NCBI GenBank assembly: GCA_025060455.1
Contig: JANXBY010000038.1
Coordinates: 2,292-66,291, forward strand
Origin: Armatimonadota bacterium
GTDB lineage: Bacteria > Sysuimicrobiota > Sysuimicrobiia > Sysuimicrobiales > Sysuimicrobiaceae
Direction: 5' to 3'
DNA length: 64,000 nt
Positions 44,708-54,527 of this stretch are shown here, in pieces; position 1 is the stretch's first letter, and every line of letters starts with the position of its first letter. The notes beneath the pieces were generated by a model. That model saw only the letters and a list, made by a program, of their open reading frames with translations. It did not search any database and was not told the DNA's origin. Position numbers and translations under genes: made by a program.

Positions 44708-46213
44708 GTGGGCGTGGTGGCCTTCATCGGCGGCTACGTTCTCCGGAAGCTGATCGCGGAAGCGAAGATCCGTTCGGCGGAGCAGGAAGCCCGCCGGATC
44801 GTGGAAGAGGCGCGACGTGAGGCCGAGTCCAAGGTCAAAGAGGCCCTCCTGGAGGCCAAGGAAGAGGCGCTGCGGATCCGCCGCGAGGCGGAGCGGGAGA
44901 CCCGCGAGCAGCGTGCGGACCTCCAGCGCCTGGAGCGGCGGCTCGTCCAGCGTGAGGAGGCCCTGGACCGCAGGGCGGACCAGCTCGAGCGTCGTGAGCG
45001 CGCGATCCAGCAGCAGGAGCAGGAACTGGCCCAGCGAGCCGAGGAGGTCAACGCGCTCATCGGCGAACAGCGGCAGGCTCTGGAACGCATCGCAGGCCTG
45101 ACCGCGGAGGAGGCGCGCCAGCGGCTCCTCGAGCAGGTGGAGGCGGACGTCCGCGAGGACGCTCTCGCACGCATCCGCAAGATCGAGCGGGAGGCCCGGG
45201 AGGAGGCGGAGCGCCGCGCGCGGGAGATCCTCGCCCTGGCCATCCAGCGCACCGCCGCGGACCACACGGCGGAGGTCACGGTCTCCGTGGTGCCCCTGCC
45301 CTCCGACGAGATGAAGGGCCGCATCATCGGCCGCGAGGGCCGCAACATCCGGGCCCTGGAGGCCCTCACGGGGGTGGATTTGATCATCGACGACACCCCC
45401 GAGGCGGTGACCCTGTCGTCCTTTGACCCCGTGCGCCGGGAAGTGGCCAAGATCGCCCTGGAGAAGCTCATGTCGGACGGCCGCATCCACCCAGCCCGGA
45501 TCGAGGAGATGGTGGAGAAAGCGCAGCGAGAGCTGGAGGAACGCATCGTGCAGGAGGGGGAGCGGGCCGCCCTGGAGGCCGGCGTGCACGGCCTGCACCC
45601 CGACCTGATCAAGCTGCTGGGCCGGCTGAAGTTCCGGACGTCGTACGGCCAGAACGTCCTGCAGCACTCGGTGGAGGTGGCGCTGCTGGCCGGGGAGCTG
45701 GCGGCGCAGCTGGGCGCGGACGTGGCCCTGGCCCGCCGCGCCGGCCTGCTGCACGACATCGGGAAGGCCCTGACCCACGAGGTCCAGGGCAGCCACACCC
45801 AGATCGGCCTGGACATCGCCCGGCGCTACCACGAGCACCCGGCGGTGCTGAACGCCATCCTGTACCACCACGGGGAGGAGGAGGCCAAGTACGTGGAGGC
45901 GGTCCTGGTGGCGGCCGCCGACGCCATCTCCGGATCACGTCCGGGGGCGCGCAAGGAGTCGGTGGAGATGTACATCCAGCGGCTGCAGGCCCTCGAGCAG
46001 CTGGCCACCTCCTTCCCGGGGGTGGAGAAGGCGTACGCCATCCAGGCGGGCCGAGAAATCCGGGTCATCGTCCGGCCCAACGAGGTGGACGACCTGGCCG
46101 CCTACCGTCTGGCCCGCGACCTGGCCCGCAAGATCGAGGCAGACCTGGACTACCCCGGCCAGATCAAGGTCACCGTCCTCCGGGAGACCCGGGTGGTGGA
46201 GTACGCGCGCTGA
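44708..46213 (+). CDS. rny: Ribonuclease Y
   Basis: N-terminal membrane anchor, coiled coil, KH domain ([15 protein letters not shown]) and HD domain (HDIGK). See findings for the anomalous start region. Confidence 0.9.
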   Translation: MGVVAFIGGYVLRKLIAEAKIRSAEQEARRIVEEARREAESKVKEALLEAKEEALRIRREAERETREQRADLQRLERRLVQREEALDRRADQLERRERAIQQQEQELAQRAEEVNALIGEQRQALERIAGLTAEEARQRLLEQVEADVREDALARIRKIEREAREEAERRAREILALAIQRTAADHTAEVTVSVVPLPSDEMKGRIIGREGRNIRALEALTGVDLIIDDTPEAVTLSSFDPVRREVAKIALEKLMSDGRIHPARIEEMVEKAQRELEERIVQEGERAALEAGVHGLHPDLIKLLGRLKFRTSYGQNVLQHSVEVALLAGELAAQLGADVALARRAGLLHDIGKALTHEVQGSHTQIGLDIARRYHEHPAVLNAILYHHGEEEAKYVEAVLVAAADAISGSRPGARKESVEMYIQRLQALEQLATSFPGVEKAYAIQAGREIRVIVRPNEVDDLAAYRLARDLARKIEADLDYPGQIKVTVLRETRVVEYAR

Positions 46214-46222
46214 AGCCTCCCG

Positions 46223-46753
46223 ATGGAGTCGTACGCCCAGCAGACCGTCCGCGTGCTGCCCGACAGCGTGAGCTTCGTGGCGGCACTATTGGTGGAGTTC
46301 CCCGAGTTCACCGGCGCGGCGTTTGACCCGCGGACCGGAACCGTCCGCCTGACCTTACTGGTGGGGCGAAGGCTCCCGGCCAGGGGCCGGGTGAAGTTCG
46401 CCCGCAGGCTCGAGGACTCCATCGCCGTCCTGCACGAGCTCCATGGCGGCCTGCCCCCGCGTGTGGAGGTTCGCTGGCAGACGGGCCCCAACTTCACCCG
46501 GTTCGAACTGATCCGGTCCGTGGAGGACCTGACCGTGGAAGAGGTGCGGGTGGTGGCGCAGGTGGCCCGGGAAGCGTTCGGGCCAGACCTGCTGGCGGGG
46601 GAGGCGAGCTTCGAAGAGGGCCGGGAAGAGGAGCTGCGTTACGCCCTGGAGCACGCCCGCCACCTGCGCCCCAGCCGGCCCGTGGTGGGCCTGCGGGAGG
46701 GGGGGAGGGTGCTCGTGTACTACGTCCGCCGCCCGCGGGAGCGGATGCCTTGA
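46223..46753 (+). CDS. Hypothetical protein
   Basis: 176 aa ORF packed between rny and ymdB (4-nt overlap with ymdB). Coding-like GC3. No recognisable domain. Confidence 0.45.
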   Translation: MESYAQQTVRVLPDSVSFVAALLVEFPEFTGAAFDPRTGTVRLTLLVGRRLPARGRVKFARRLEDSIAVLHELHGGLPPRVEVRWQTGPNFTRFELIRSVEDLTVEEVRVVAQVAREAFGPDLLAGEASFEEGREEELRYALEHARHLRPSRPVVGLREGGRVLVYYVRRPRERMP

Positions 46754-47535
46754 GGATCCTGTTCGTCGGGGACGTCCACGGCAGACCAGGCCGCAGGGCG
46801 GTGGCCCGGCGCGTGCCGTCCCTGCGCCGGGAGCTGGGCGTGGACTTCGTGGTGGCCAACGCGGAGAACAGCGCGGGCGGAGCTGGGCTGACCCCCCAGA
46901 CGGCCGCAGAGCTGTTCGAGGCGGGGGTGGATGTCCTCACCGGGGGAAACCACACTTGGGCCAAGCGGGAGGCGTACGAGTTTTTGGACTCCGACCCTCG
47001 GGTGGTGCGTCCCGCCAACTACCCGCCGGGGGTCCCCGGCCACGGCAGCACGGTGGTGCGCCGCGGGGGCCTGGCGCTGGCCGTGCTGAACCTGCAGGGG
47101 CGGGTCTTTATGGAACCCCTGGACGACCCGTTCCGCGTGGCCCGGGCGGAGGTGGACCGCCTGCGGGAGGTGACTCCCTTCGTCCTGGTGGACTTCCACG
47201 CCGAGGCCACCTCCGAGAAGGTGGCCATGGGTTACCACCTGGACGGCCGGGTCACCGCGGTGTTGGGCACCCACACCCACGTGCAGACCGCTGATGAGCG
47301 GGTGCTGCCGGGCGGGACCGCCTACATCACGGACGTGGGGATGACCGGCCCCCGGGATGGGGTGATCGGGGTGGACCGAGACGCCATCCTCCAGCGGTTC
47401 CTGACCCAGCTGCCCGTGCGGTTTGAGGTGGCCGCAGGGCCGGTGCAGTTCAGCGCGGTGCTCGTGGAGGCGGACGGATCCGGGCGCGCCACCGCCATCC
47501 GCCGCATCCACGAGCTGGACGCATCCGCGCGTTGA
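46750..47535 (+). CDS. YmdB-family metallophosphoesterase (2',3'-cyclic-nucleotide 2'-phosphodiesterase, TIGR00282-like)
   Basis: 261 aa (MRILFVGDVHGRPGRRAV...GNHTW...HAEATSEK). Conserved position after rny. Confidence 0.9.
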   Translation: MRILFVGDVHGRPGRRAVARRVPSLRRELGVDFVVANAENSAGGAGLTPQTAAELFEAGVDVLTGGNHTWAKREAYEFLDSDPRVVRPANYPPGVPGHGSTVVRRGGLALAVLNLQGRVFMEPLDDPFRVARAEVDRLREVTPFVLVDFHAEATSEKVAMGYHLDGRVTAVLGTHTHVQTADERVLPGGTAYITDVGMTGPRDGVIGVDRDAILQRFLTQLPVRFEVAAGPVQFSAVLVEADGSGRATAIRRIHELDASAR

Positions 47536-47542
47536 GGGCGCC

Positions 47543-48382
47543 GTGCGCGCGGACCTGCACACCCACACCAGCGCCTCCGACGGCACCCTGTCCCCGCGGC
47601 AGCTGGTGCAGGAGGCCAAGGCGGCGGGGCTGGCGGTGCTGGCGGTGACCGACCACGACACCACCGACGGCATCCCGGAGGCTGTGGAAGAGGCGGCCCG
47701 CTGCGGGATCGAGCTGATCCCCGGAGTGGAGCTGAGCACCGACGTGCCCGGGTCGGAGGTCCACATCCTTGGCTACTTCGTGGACTGGCGCGACCGGGAG
47801 TTGGCGGGGCTGCTGGGGCAGCTGCGAGAAGGCCGCGTCGCCCGGGCTCAGGAGATGGTCCGCCGGTTGAACCGACTGGGCGTGGCCCTCACCTTCGAGG
47901 AAGTGCTACGACACGCGGACGGTGTCGTGGGCCGCCCTCACGTGGCCCGGGCGCTGGTGGCTGCGGGCTACGTGCCAAGCTTCGAGGAGGCTTTCAGCCG
48001 GTACCTGGCCAGGGGCAGGCCCGCGTACGTGGAGCGGGAGCGGTTCACCCCGGAGGAGGCGGTGCAGGCGGTTCTACGGGCCGGCGGGGTGCCCGTGTTC
48101 GCCCACCCGCTGTGGGGCGGGGACCGGGAGAGGGTGGCGCGGTTGGTGGAGGTGGGCCTGGCGGGCATCGAGGTGTACTACCCGGACCACGCACCGCAGG
48201 ACGTGCGGCGGTTCCTGGACTGGGCGGAGGAGTTCGGGTTGGTGGCCACCGGAGGCAGCGACTACCACGGACCGGGGCCTGCCAGCCGCGCAACGTTGGG
48301 CAGCGTCTACGTCCCGCCGGGCGCGGTGGAGGCCCTCCGGGAGGTCTGGGCCTCCGGGCGGCGCCGGCCTGCAGGACGGTGA
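47543..48382 (+). CDS. PHP-domain metal-dependent phosphoesterase (TrpH/YciV-like)
   Basis: VRADLHTHTSASDG...VTDHDT...FAHP. GTG start at 47543; the 47423 ORF start overlaps ymdB. Confidence 0.85.
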   Translation: MRADLHTHTSASDGTLSPRQLVQEAKAAGLAVLAVTDHDTTDGIPEAVEEAARCGIELIPGVELSTDVPGSEVHILGYFVDWRDRELAGLLGQLREGRVARAQEMVRRLNRLGVALTFEEVLRHADGVVGRPHVARALVAAGYVPSFEEAFSRYLARGRPAYVERERFTPEEAVQAVLRAGGVPVFAHPLWGGDRERVARLVEVGLAGIEVYYPDHAPQDVRRFLDWAEEFGLVATGGSDYHGPGPASRATLGSVYVPPGAVEALREVWASGRRRPAGR

Positions 48383-48397
48383 GGGAGGAGGCGGACC

Positions 48398-48619
48398 GTG
48401 AGGTGCCCGAGGTGCGGCACGGAGAACCCCGAGCGGAAGATCGTGTGCCGGAAGTGCGGGGCGCGCCTGCGCGCTACGGCGCCGGCGTCGTCGCCGGTCA
48501 CCCAGGAGACCGAGCCGGAGCTCATGCGGCGGTTGCGGTGGGACCTGGTGCGGGTGGGGGCCACCTTCGCTGTGGCCGCGGCGGTGGCGGTGGCCCTGGG
48601 GTTGTTCGTGTTGCGCTGA
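48398..48619 (+). CDS. Small zinc-ribbon membrane protein (hypothetical)
   Basis: 73 aa: CPRCG...CRKCG zinc ribbon, then a C-terminal transmembrane helix. Confidence 0.4.
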   Translation: MRCPRCGTENPERKIVCRKCGARLRATAPASSPVTQETEPELMRRLRWDLVRVGATFAVAAAVAVALGLFVLR

Positions 48620-48627
48620 CGTATAAT

Positions 48628-48895
48628 CCAGGGGAAGGCAACGCGGGGGAGGAGTAGCCGCGCGGCCGGCCCAGCGAGGGCGCGGCGGTGTGCAGGCGCC
48701 TGCCGGACCGGCGGCGAACGTCGCCCCCAAGCCGCGGGAGGAAGGGCAGTAGAACCCGCCGGGTGGCGCCCGTGACCGCGCTCCAGAGGGCCGGGTACCC
48801 CCGTTGAGTGCGGGGCTTTGCCCGGAAGGAAGGTGGTACCGCGGAGCGCCGCTCCGTCCTTTCGGACGGGCGGCGCTTTGACGTGGGGAGGTGTG
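48628..48895 (+). ncRNA. T-box riboswitch leader of valS
   Basis: TATAAT -10 at 48622-48627. Conserved T-box sequence AAGGTGGTACCGCGG at 48830-48844. Intrinsic terminator GCGCCGCTCCGTCC-TTTC-GGACGGGCGGCGC followed by TTTG (48846-48880), with the T-box overlapping its 5' arm (antiterminator arrangement). Confidence 0.75.
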
Positions 48896-48898
48896 CAG

Positions 48899-51538
48899 AT
48901 GCAGGAGCTGCCGAAGGCGTACGACCCCTCCCAAGTGGAGGAGAACTGGTACCGCGCCTGGATGGAGCGGGGCTACTTCCGCGCCCTGCCGGACCCCCAG
49001 CGGGCCCCGTGGGCGGTGATGATGCCCCTCCCCAACGTCACGGGCGAGCTTCACATCGGACACGCTCTCAACAACACCCTGCAGGACGTACAGACCCGCT
49101 TCTGGCGCATGCGAGGACGCAACGCCCTCTACCAACCCGGTACCGACCACGCGGGAATCGCCACCCAAAACGTGGTAGAGCGGGAGCTGGCGCGGGAGGG
49201 GCTACGGAGGGAGGACCTGGGGCGCGAGGGGTTCGAGCAGCGGGTGTGGCGGTGGGTGCACAAGTACGGGCAGATCATCTACACCCAGCTGCAGCGCCTG
49301 GGCGTGTCCTGCGACTGGGACCGTAAGATCTTCACCCTGGACCCCGACTACTACGACGCGGTCCTTGAAGCCTTCGTGCGCCTGCACCAGCGGGGGCGCA
49401 TCTACCGCAGCCGGGACTACATGGTGAACTGGTGCCCCCGGTGCGCCACCGCCATCTCCGACCTGGAGGTGGAGTACGACGAGGTCGACAGCTTCCTGTG
49501 GTTCGTGCGCTACCCGGGCGCGGACGGCTCCGAGGGGGTCGTCATCGCCACCCAGAGGCCCGAGACCATCCTGGCGGACGTGGCGGTGGCGGTACACCCC
49601 GACGACGCCCGATACCGCCATCTGGTGGGTCGGCACGTGGTCGTGCCCCTGGTGGACCGGGCGGTCCCCGTGGTGGCAGACCGCAGGGTGGACCCGGAGT
49701 TCGGCACCGGGGCGGTGAAGATCACGCCCGGCCACGACCCCCTGGACTACGAGGTCGGCAAGGACCACTCGTTGCCCGTGGTCGTGGTGATCGCGGAGGA
49801 CGGGCGGATGAACGAACAGGCGGGCCGGTTCGCCGGGTTGGACCGGTTTGAAGCCCGCGAGCGGGTGGCGCAGGCACTCCAGGACCTGGGGCTGGTGGTC
49901 CGGCGCGAGCCGTACCGGACCCGGGTGGGGCGGTGTGACCGCTGCCACACGGTGATCGAGCCCCTGCTCAGCGAGCAGTGGTTCTGTGACGTGCGGGAGA
50001 TGGCGCAGCGGGCCGCGGAAGCCATCCGCACGGGGCGGGTGCGGTTCTTCCCGGAGCGGTGGGCGCGGGTAGCCGTGGACTGGCTGGACAACATCCGGCC
50101 GTGGTGCATCTCCCGCCAACTCTGGTGGGGGCACCGGATCCCCGCGTGGTGGTGCGAGGGCTGCTCGCAGCCCGTGGTGTCAAAGGCCGCCCCCTCACAC
50201 CCGTGTCCCGGGTGCGGTGCCTCCCGCTGGCGGCAGGACCCGGATGTGCTGGACACGTGGTTCAGCAGCGCCCTGTGGCCCTTCGCCACCCTGGGCTGGC
50301 CCCAGGACACGGACGACCTGCGGTACTTCTACCCTACCAGCGTGCTCATCACCGACCGCGGGATTATCTTCCTCTGGGTGTGCCGGATGATCATGTTCGG
50401 CCTGGAGTTCATGGGGGAGGTGCCCTTCCACCACGTGTACATCAACCCCACGGTGATGGACCTCCAGGGGCGGCGCATGAGCAAGTCCCTGGGCACCGGG
50501 GTGGACCCCCTGCAGGCCATCCAGCGGTACGGCGCGGACGCCCTGCGGCTCGGCCTGGTGGTGCGGTGTTCGCAGGCGCAGCAGGACCTGCGCTTTGACG
50601 AGAAGATGGTGGCGGACACCCGCAACTTCGCCAACAAGATCTGGAACGCAGCCCGCTACGTCCACCGCAGCCTGGCGGGCTGGGACCCGCGGGCCGCAGA
50701 CCCCGACCGGCTGGCGTACAGCACGCCGGACCGGTGGATCACCAGCCGCCTGCACCGCACCGTGGAGGCGGTGACCGCGGCCTACCAGGAGTACGAGTTC
50801 GACCGGGCTGCCCGCTCCCTCTACCACTTCCTTTGGAGCGAGTACTGCGACTGGTACCTGGAGATGAGCAAGGTGCTGCTCCAGGACCCAGCCGCCCAGG
50901 AGGCCACCCGGTACACCCTGTGGCGGACCCTGGAGGTGAGCCTGCGCCTGCTGCACCCCATCATGCCCTTCGTGACGGAGGCCGCCTGGCAGGCCCTGCC
51001 CCACGAGGGCGAAAGCCTCATGGTGGCTGCGTGGCCGCAGGCGGACCCGCGGTGGCGGGACGACGGTGGGGAGGCCCAGGTGGCGCGGCTGCAGGAGGTG
51101 GTGCGGGAGATCCGCAGCCTGCGGGCGGACCTGCGCACCCCGCCCCAGGAACGGGTGGACGTGCAGCTGGTGGCCGGCCCCGAGCGCGCGAGCCTGGAGG
51201 CGCACCGCGCGCTGGTGGAGTTCCTGGCCCGGGCCCGGGTGGCCTTCGTGGAGGAAAGCCAGCGCCCGCACCCTGCCGCGGGGGGTGTCGCAGGCCCGGT
51301 GGAGGTGTGGGTGCCCTTGGACCGGGCCCAGGCCGACCGCCTGGCGCAGCGGGCCCGGGAAGAGCTGGAAGAGGTGGAGCGGGAGCTAGAGCGGGTGCGG
51401 GCGCGGCTTGCGAACCCTGACTTCGTGCAGCGGGCGCCCGCGGAGGTGGTGGAGGCGGAGCGGGAACGGCTCCGCCAGGCGGAAGCCCGGCGCGAAAAGC
51501 TGACCCGGTACGTGGTGGCAGGCACCCAGCGGGCTTAG
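48899..51538 (+). CDS. valS: Valine--tRNA ligase
   Basis: 879 aa from ATG 48899 with a GGGGAGGTG ribosome-binding site. HIGH motif (PNVTGELHIGHAL), KMSKS (RMSKSLG) and a C-terminal coiled coil. The 48818 ORF start is rejected. Confidence 0.95.
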   Translation: MQELPKAYDPSQVEENWYRAWMERGYFRALPDPQRAPWAVMMPLPNVTGELHIGHALNNTLQDVQTRFWRMRGRNALYQPGTDHAGIATQNVVERELAREGLRREDLGREGFEQRVWRWVHKYGQIIYTQLQRLGVSCDWDRKIFTLDPDYYDAVLEAFVRLHQRGRIYRSRDYMVNWCPRCATAISDLEVEYDEVDSFLWFVRYPGADGSEGVVIATQRPETILADVAVAVHPDDARYRHLVGRHVVVPLVDRAVPVVADRRVDPEFGTGAVKITPGHDPLDYEVGKDHSLPVVVVIAEDGRMNEQAGRFAGLDRFEARERVAQALQDLGLVVRREPYRTRVGRCDRCHTVIEPLLSEQWFCDVREMAQRAAEAIRTGRVRFFPERWARVAVDWLDNIRPWCISRQLWWGHRIPAWWCEGCSQPVVSKAAPSHPCPGCGASRWRQDPDVLDTWFSSALWPFATLGWPQDTDDLRYFYPTSVLITDRGIIFLWVCRMIMFGLEFMGEVPFHHVYINPTVMDLQGRRMSKSLGTGVDPLQAIQRYGADALRLGLVVRCSQAQQDLRFDEKMVADTRNFANKIWNAARYVHRSLAGWDPRAADPDRLAYSTPDRWITSRLHRTVEAVTAAYQEYEFDRAARSLYHFLWSEYCDWYLEMSKVLLQDPAAQEATRYTLWRTLEVSLRLLHPIMPFVTEAAWQALPHEGESLMVAAWPQADPRWRDDGGEAQVARLQEVVREIRSLRADLRTPPQERVDVQLVAGPERASLEAHRALVEFLARARVAFVEESQRPHPAAGGVAGPVEVWVPLDRAQADRLAQRAREELEEVERELERVRARLANPDFVQRAPAEVVEAERERLRQAEARREKLTRYVVAGTQRA

Positions 51539-51677
51539 ACCACCCCAGAAATTGCGGCAGCGTTTTCCGGGGTGGTCCACTCCACGTTCCGCTCTCGTCG
51601 CCAGGCCCACGGGGACGACCAGGGAGGCTGGGCGTGCGCGCCGAAGTGCTCCCCAGACCGGAAGTGCGGAGGGGTCC

Positions 51678-52451
51678 ATGGAGTTCCAAAACATCTTGAC
51701 TCACGTGGACGGCCACGTGGCCACCATCCGGCTGAACCGTCCCAAGGTGCTGAACGCCCTGAACGGCCAGACCATGGACGAGCTGTGCGCGGCCCTGGAC
51801 GCCTTCGAGGCGGACCCCCAGGTGCGCGTGGTGGTGCTCACGGGCGACGAGCGCGCCTTCGCCGCGGGCGCGGACATCGGCGAGTTCGCCGGGGTGACAC
51901 CCGTGGGGATGCTGGAGGGGCCGCGGGGCAAACGGTGGGACCGCATCCGCGCGTTCCCCAAACCGCTGATCGCCGCGGTGAGCGGCTACTGCCTGGGCGG
52001 TGGCTGCGAGCTCGCCATGGCCTGCGACCTCATCGTGGCGTCCGAGACCGCGCGGTTCGGCCAACCGGAGATCAACCTGGGCATCCTGCCCGGTGCGGGG
52101 GGCACCCAGCGGCTGCCGCGGGCTGTGGGCAAGCACCGGGCTATGGAGATGATCCTCACGGGCTGCCACATCACCGCGCAGCAGGCGTACGAGTGGGGCC
52201 TGGTGAACCGGGTCGTACCACCGGAGGCCCTCATGGACGAGGCGTACGCCCTCGCCCGGGAGATCGCCAGCAAGGCTCCGGTGGCCGTGCGGCTGGCGAA
52301 GGCGGCGGTGCTGCGGTCCATGGACACCCCCCTGGACGTGGGGCTGGACTACGAACGGCGACTGTTCGCCATTGCATTCGGCACCGAGGACAAGGAGGAG
52401 GGCGTGCGGGCGTTTCTGGAGAAGCGGAAGCCGGTCTTCCAGGGACGGTAA
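51678..52451 (+). CDS. Enoyl-CoA hydratase/isomerase (crotonase family)
   Basis: 257 aa from ATG 51678. Crotonase fold (FAAGADI, AAVSGYCLGGGCELAMACD). Confidence 0.85.
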   Translation: MEFQNILTHVDGHVATIRLNRPKVLNALNGQTMDELCAALDAFEADPQVRVVVLTGDERAFAAGADIGEFAGVTPVGMLEGPRGKRWDRIRAFPKPLIAAVSGYCLGGGCELAMACDLIVASETARFGQPEINLGILPGAGGTQRLPRAVGKHRAMEMILTGCHITAQQAYEWGLVNRVVPPEALMDEAYALAREIASKAPVAVRLAKAAVLRSMDTPLDVGLDYERRLFAIAFGTEDKEEGVRAFLEKRKPVFQGR

Positions 52452-52461
52452 GGGGGGTGCC

Positions 52462-53241
52462 ATGGAGTACCAGACCATCCGGTGGGAGCTGTCCGAGGGT
52501 GTGCTGACGGTGACCCTGAACCGGCCGGAGGTGCTGAACGCGGTCAACGACCGGATGGCGGAGGAGCTGCTGGACGCCCTGCGCCGGGCGGGCCGGGAGC
52601 CAGAGGTGCGCAGCGTGATCCTCACCGGAGCAGGGCGGGCCTTCTGCTCGGGCCAGGACCTGCGGGAGCGGGCCGCCGGTGAGTTCTCCTACGCGCAGCA
52701 CATCCGGTCCCGGTACGCGCCTGTGATCCTCCAGCTCCACGGGCTGGAGAAACCCGTCCTGGCCGCGGTGAACGGGGTCGCCGCGGGCGCGGGTGCAAGC
52801 CTGGCCCTGGCGTGCGACCTGCGGGTGGCCGCGGAGGAGGCCAGCTTCCTGCAGGCGTTCACGCGCATCGGCCTGGTGCCGGACTCCGGCGCTACTTACT
52901 TCCTGCCGCGCCTGGTGGGCCTGGGCAAAGCATTCGAAATGTGCTACCTGGCGGAGCCCATCCCGGCGCCGGAGGCCCTCCGGCTCGGCCTGGTGAACTG
53001 GGTGGTCCCCGCCGCCGAGCTCATGGACAAGGCGCGGGAGGTGGCCCGCCGCCTGGCCTCCGGCCCCACCCGGGCGTACGGGCTCACCAAGCGGGCTCTG
53101 CTGCGCAACCTACGGTCCGACCTGCCCGCGGCGTTGGACTACGAGGCGATGCTGCAGGACGCCGCAGGCCGCACGGGGGACCACCGGGAAGGGGTGCAGG
53201 CGTTTTTGGAGAAGCGGCCGCCCCGCTACACGGGCCGTTAG
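52462..53241 (+). CDS. Enoyl-CoA hydratase/isomerase (PaaG-like)
   Basis: 259 aa from ATG 52462 ([26 protein letters not shown]). Confidence 0.85.
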   Translation: MEYQTIRWELSEGVLTVTLNRPEVLNAVNDRMAEELLDALRRAGREPEVRSVILTGAGRAFCSGQDLRERAAGEFSYAQHIRSRYAPVILQLHGLEKPVLAAVNGVAAGAGASLALACDLRVAAEEASFLQAFTRIGLVPDSGATYFLPRLVGLGKAFEMCYLAEPIPAPEALRLGLVNWVVPAAELMDKAREVARRLASGPTRAYGLTKRALLRNLRSDLPAALDYEAMLQDAAGRTGDHREGVQAFLEKRPPRYTGR

Positions 53242-53260
53242 GGCCCTTTGGGAGGATCCG

Positions 53261-54460
53261 GTGCGGGACGTGGTGGTGGTGGACGCGGTGCGCACGCCCG
53301 TAGGGCGGTATGGGGGCGTGCTGCGGGACGTGCGGCCTGACGACCTGGCCGCCCTGGTGATCTCGGCCCTGGTGCGCCGGGCCGGGATCGACCCCACCCG
53401 CATCGAGGACGTGGTGTTCGGGTGCGCCAACCAGGCGGGCGAGGACAACCGGAACGTGGCCCGCATGGCCGCGCTGCTGGCGGGCCTCCCCGTGGAGGTC
53501 CCCGGGCAGACCGTCAACCGCCTGTGCGGCAGCGGGCTGCAGGCTGCGGTGACCGCGTACCACGCCATCCGTTGCGGGGACGGCGACGTGATGATCGCGG
53601 GCGGCGTGGAGAGCATGACCCGCGCGCCCTTCGTGGTGGCGAAGGCGCCGGAGCCCTGGAGCCGCAAGCTGGAAGTGTACGACACCACCATCGGCTGGCG
53701 GTTCACCAACCCGCGCCTGGCGGAGAAGTACCCGCCGTACTCCATGGGGGAGACCGCGGAGAACGTGGCGGAGCGCTACGGCATCAGCCGGGAGGAGCAG
53801 GACCGCTACGCCCTCTTGAGCCAGCAGCGTGCGGCCCGGGCCGCGGCGGAAGGTCGGTTCCGGGACGAGCTCGTGCCCGTGGTGGTACCGCAGCCCTCCG
53901 GCGAGCCGGCGGTGGTGGACCGGGACGAACACCCCCGCCCGGACGCGACCCTGGAGGCGCTGGCGCGCCTGCGGCCCGCCTTCCGCAAGGGCGGCACGGT
54001 CACCGCGGGCAACAGCTCCGGGATCAACGACGGCGCCGCGGCGCTTCTTCTGGCCGAGGCCCGCACCGCCGACCAGCTGGGCCTGCGGCCCATGGCCAGG
54101 ATTGTGGCCACAGCGGTGGCGGGCGTGGACCCGGCCTATATGGGCATCGGCCCGGTGCCTGCGGTGCGCAAGGCGCTGGCCCGGGCAGGCCTGCGGGTGG
54201 AGGACGTGGACCTGGTGGAGCTCAACGAGGCCTTCGCAAGCCAGGTGCTGGCGTGCGTGCGGGAGCTGGGGCTGGATCTGGAGCGGGTGAACGTGAACGG
54301 GGGCGCCATCGCCCTGGGCCACCCCCTGGGTGCGTCCGGCGCGCGCATCCTCGGCCACCTGGTGTGGGAGATGCGCCGGCGTGAGGCGCGGTATGGCCTG
54401 GCTACCATGTGCATCGGAGTGGGCCAGGGGATCGCCGTGGTGGTAGAGCGGGTGCCGTAA
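53261..54460 (+). CDS. 3-oxoadipyl-CoA thiolase-type acetyl-CoA C-acyltransferase (PaaJ/PcaF-like)
   Basis: 399 aa, closely collinear, as far as I recall, with E. coli PaaJ ([38 protein letters not shown]). Confidence 0.9.
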   Translation: MRDVVVVDAVRTPVGRYGGVLRDVRPDDLAALVISALVRRAGIDPTRIEDVVFGCANQAGEDNRNVARMAALLAGLPVEVPGQTVNRLCGSGLQAAVTAYHAIRCGDGDVMIAGGVESMTRAPFVVAKAPEPWSRKLEVYDTTIGWRFTNPRLAEKYPPYSMGETAENVAERYGISREEQDRYALLSQQRAARAAAEGRFRDELVPVVVPQPSGEPAVVDRDEHPRPDATLEALARLRPAFRKGGTVTAGNSSGINDGAAALLLAEARTADQLGLRPMARIVATAVAGVDPAYMGIGPVPAVRKALARAGLRVEDVDLVELNEAFASQVLACVRELGLDLERVNVNGGAIALGHPLGASGARILGHLVWEMRRREARYGLATMCIGVGQGIAVVVERVP

Positions 54461-54527
54461 CGCCCGGCGCGCCCGCGGCCGCTGCTATACTGGGACGGGT
54501 TCCTACAGTTCGGAGGTCGAGCCGGAG

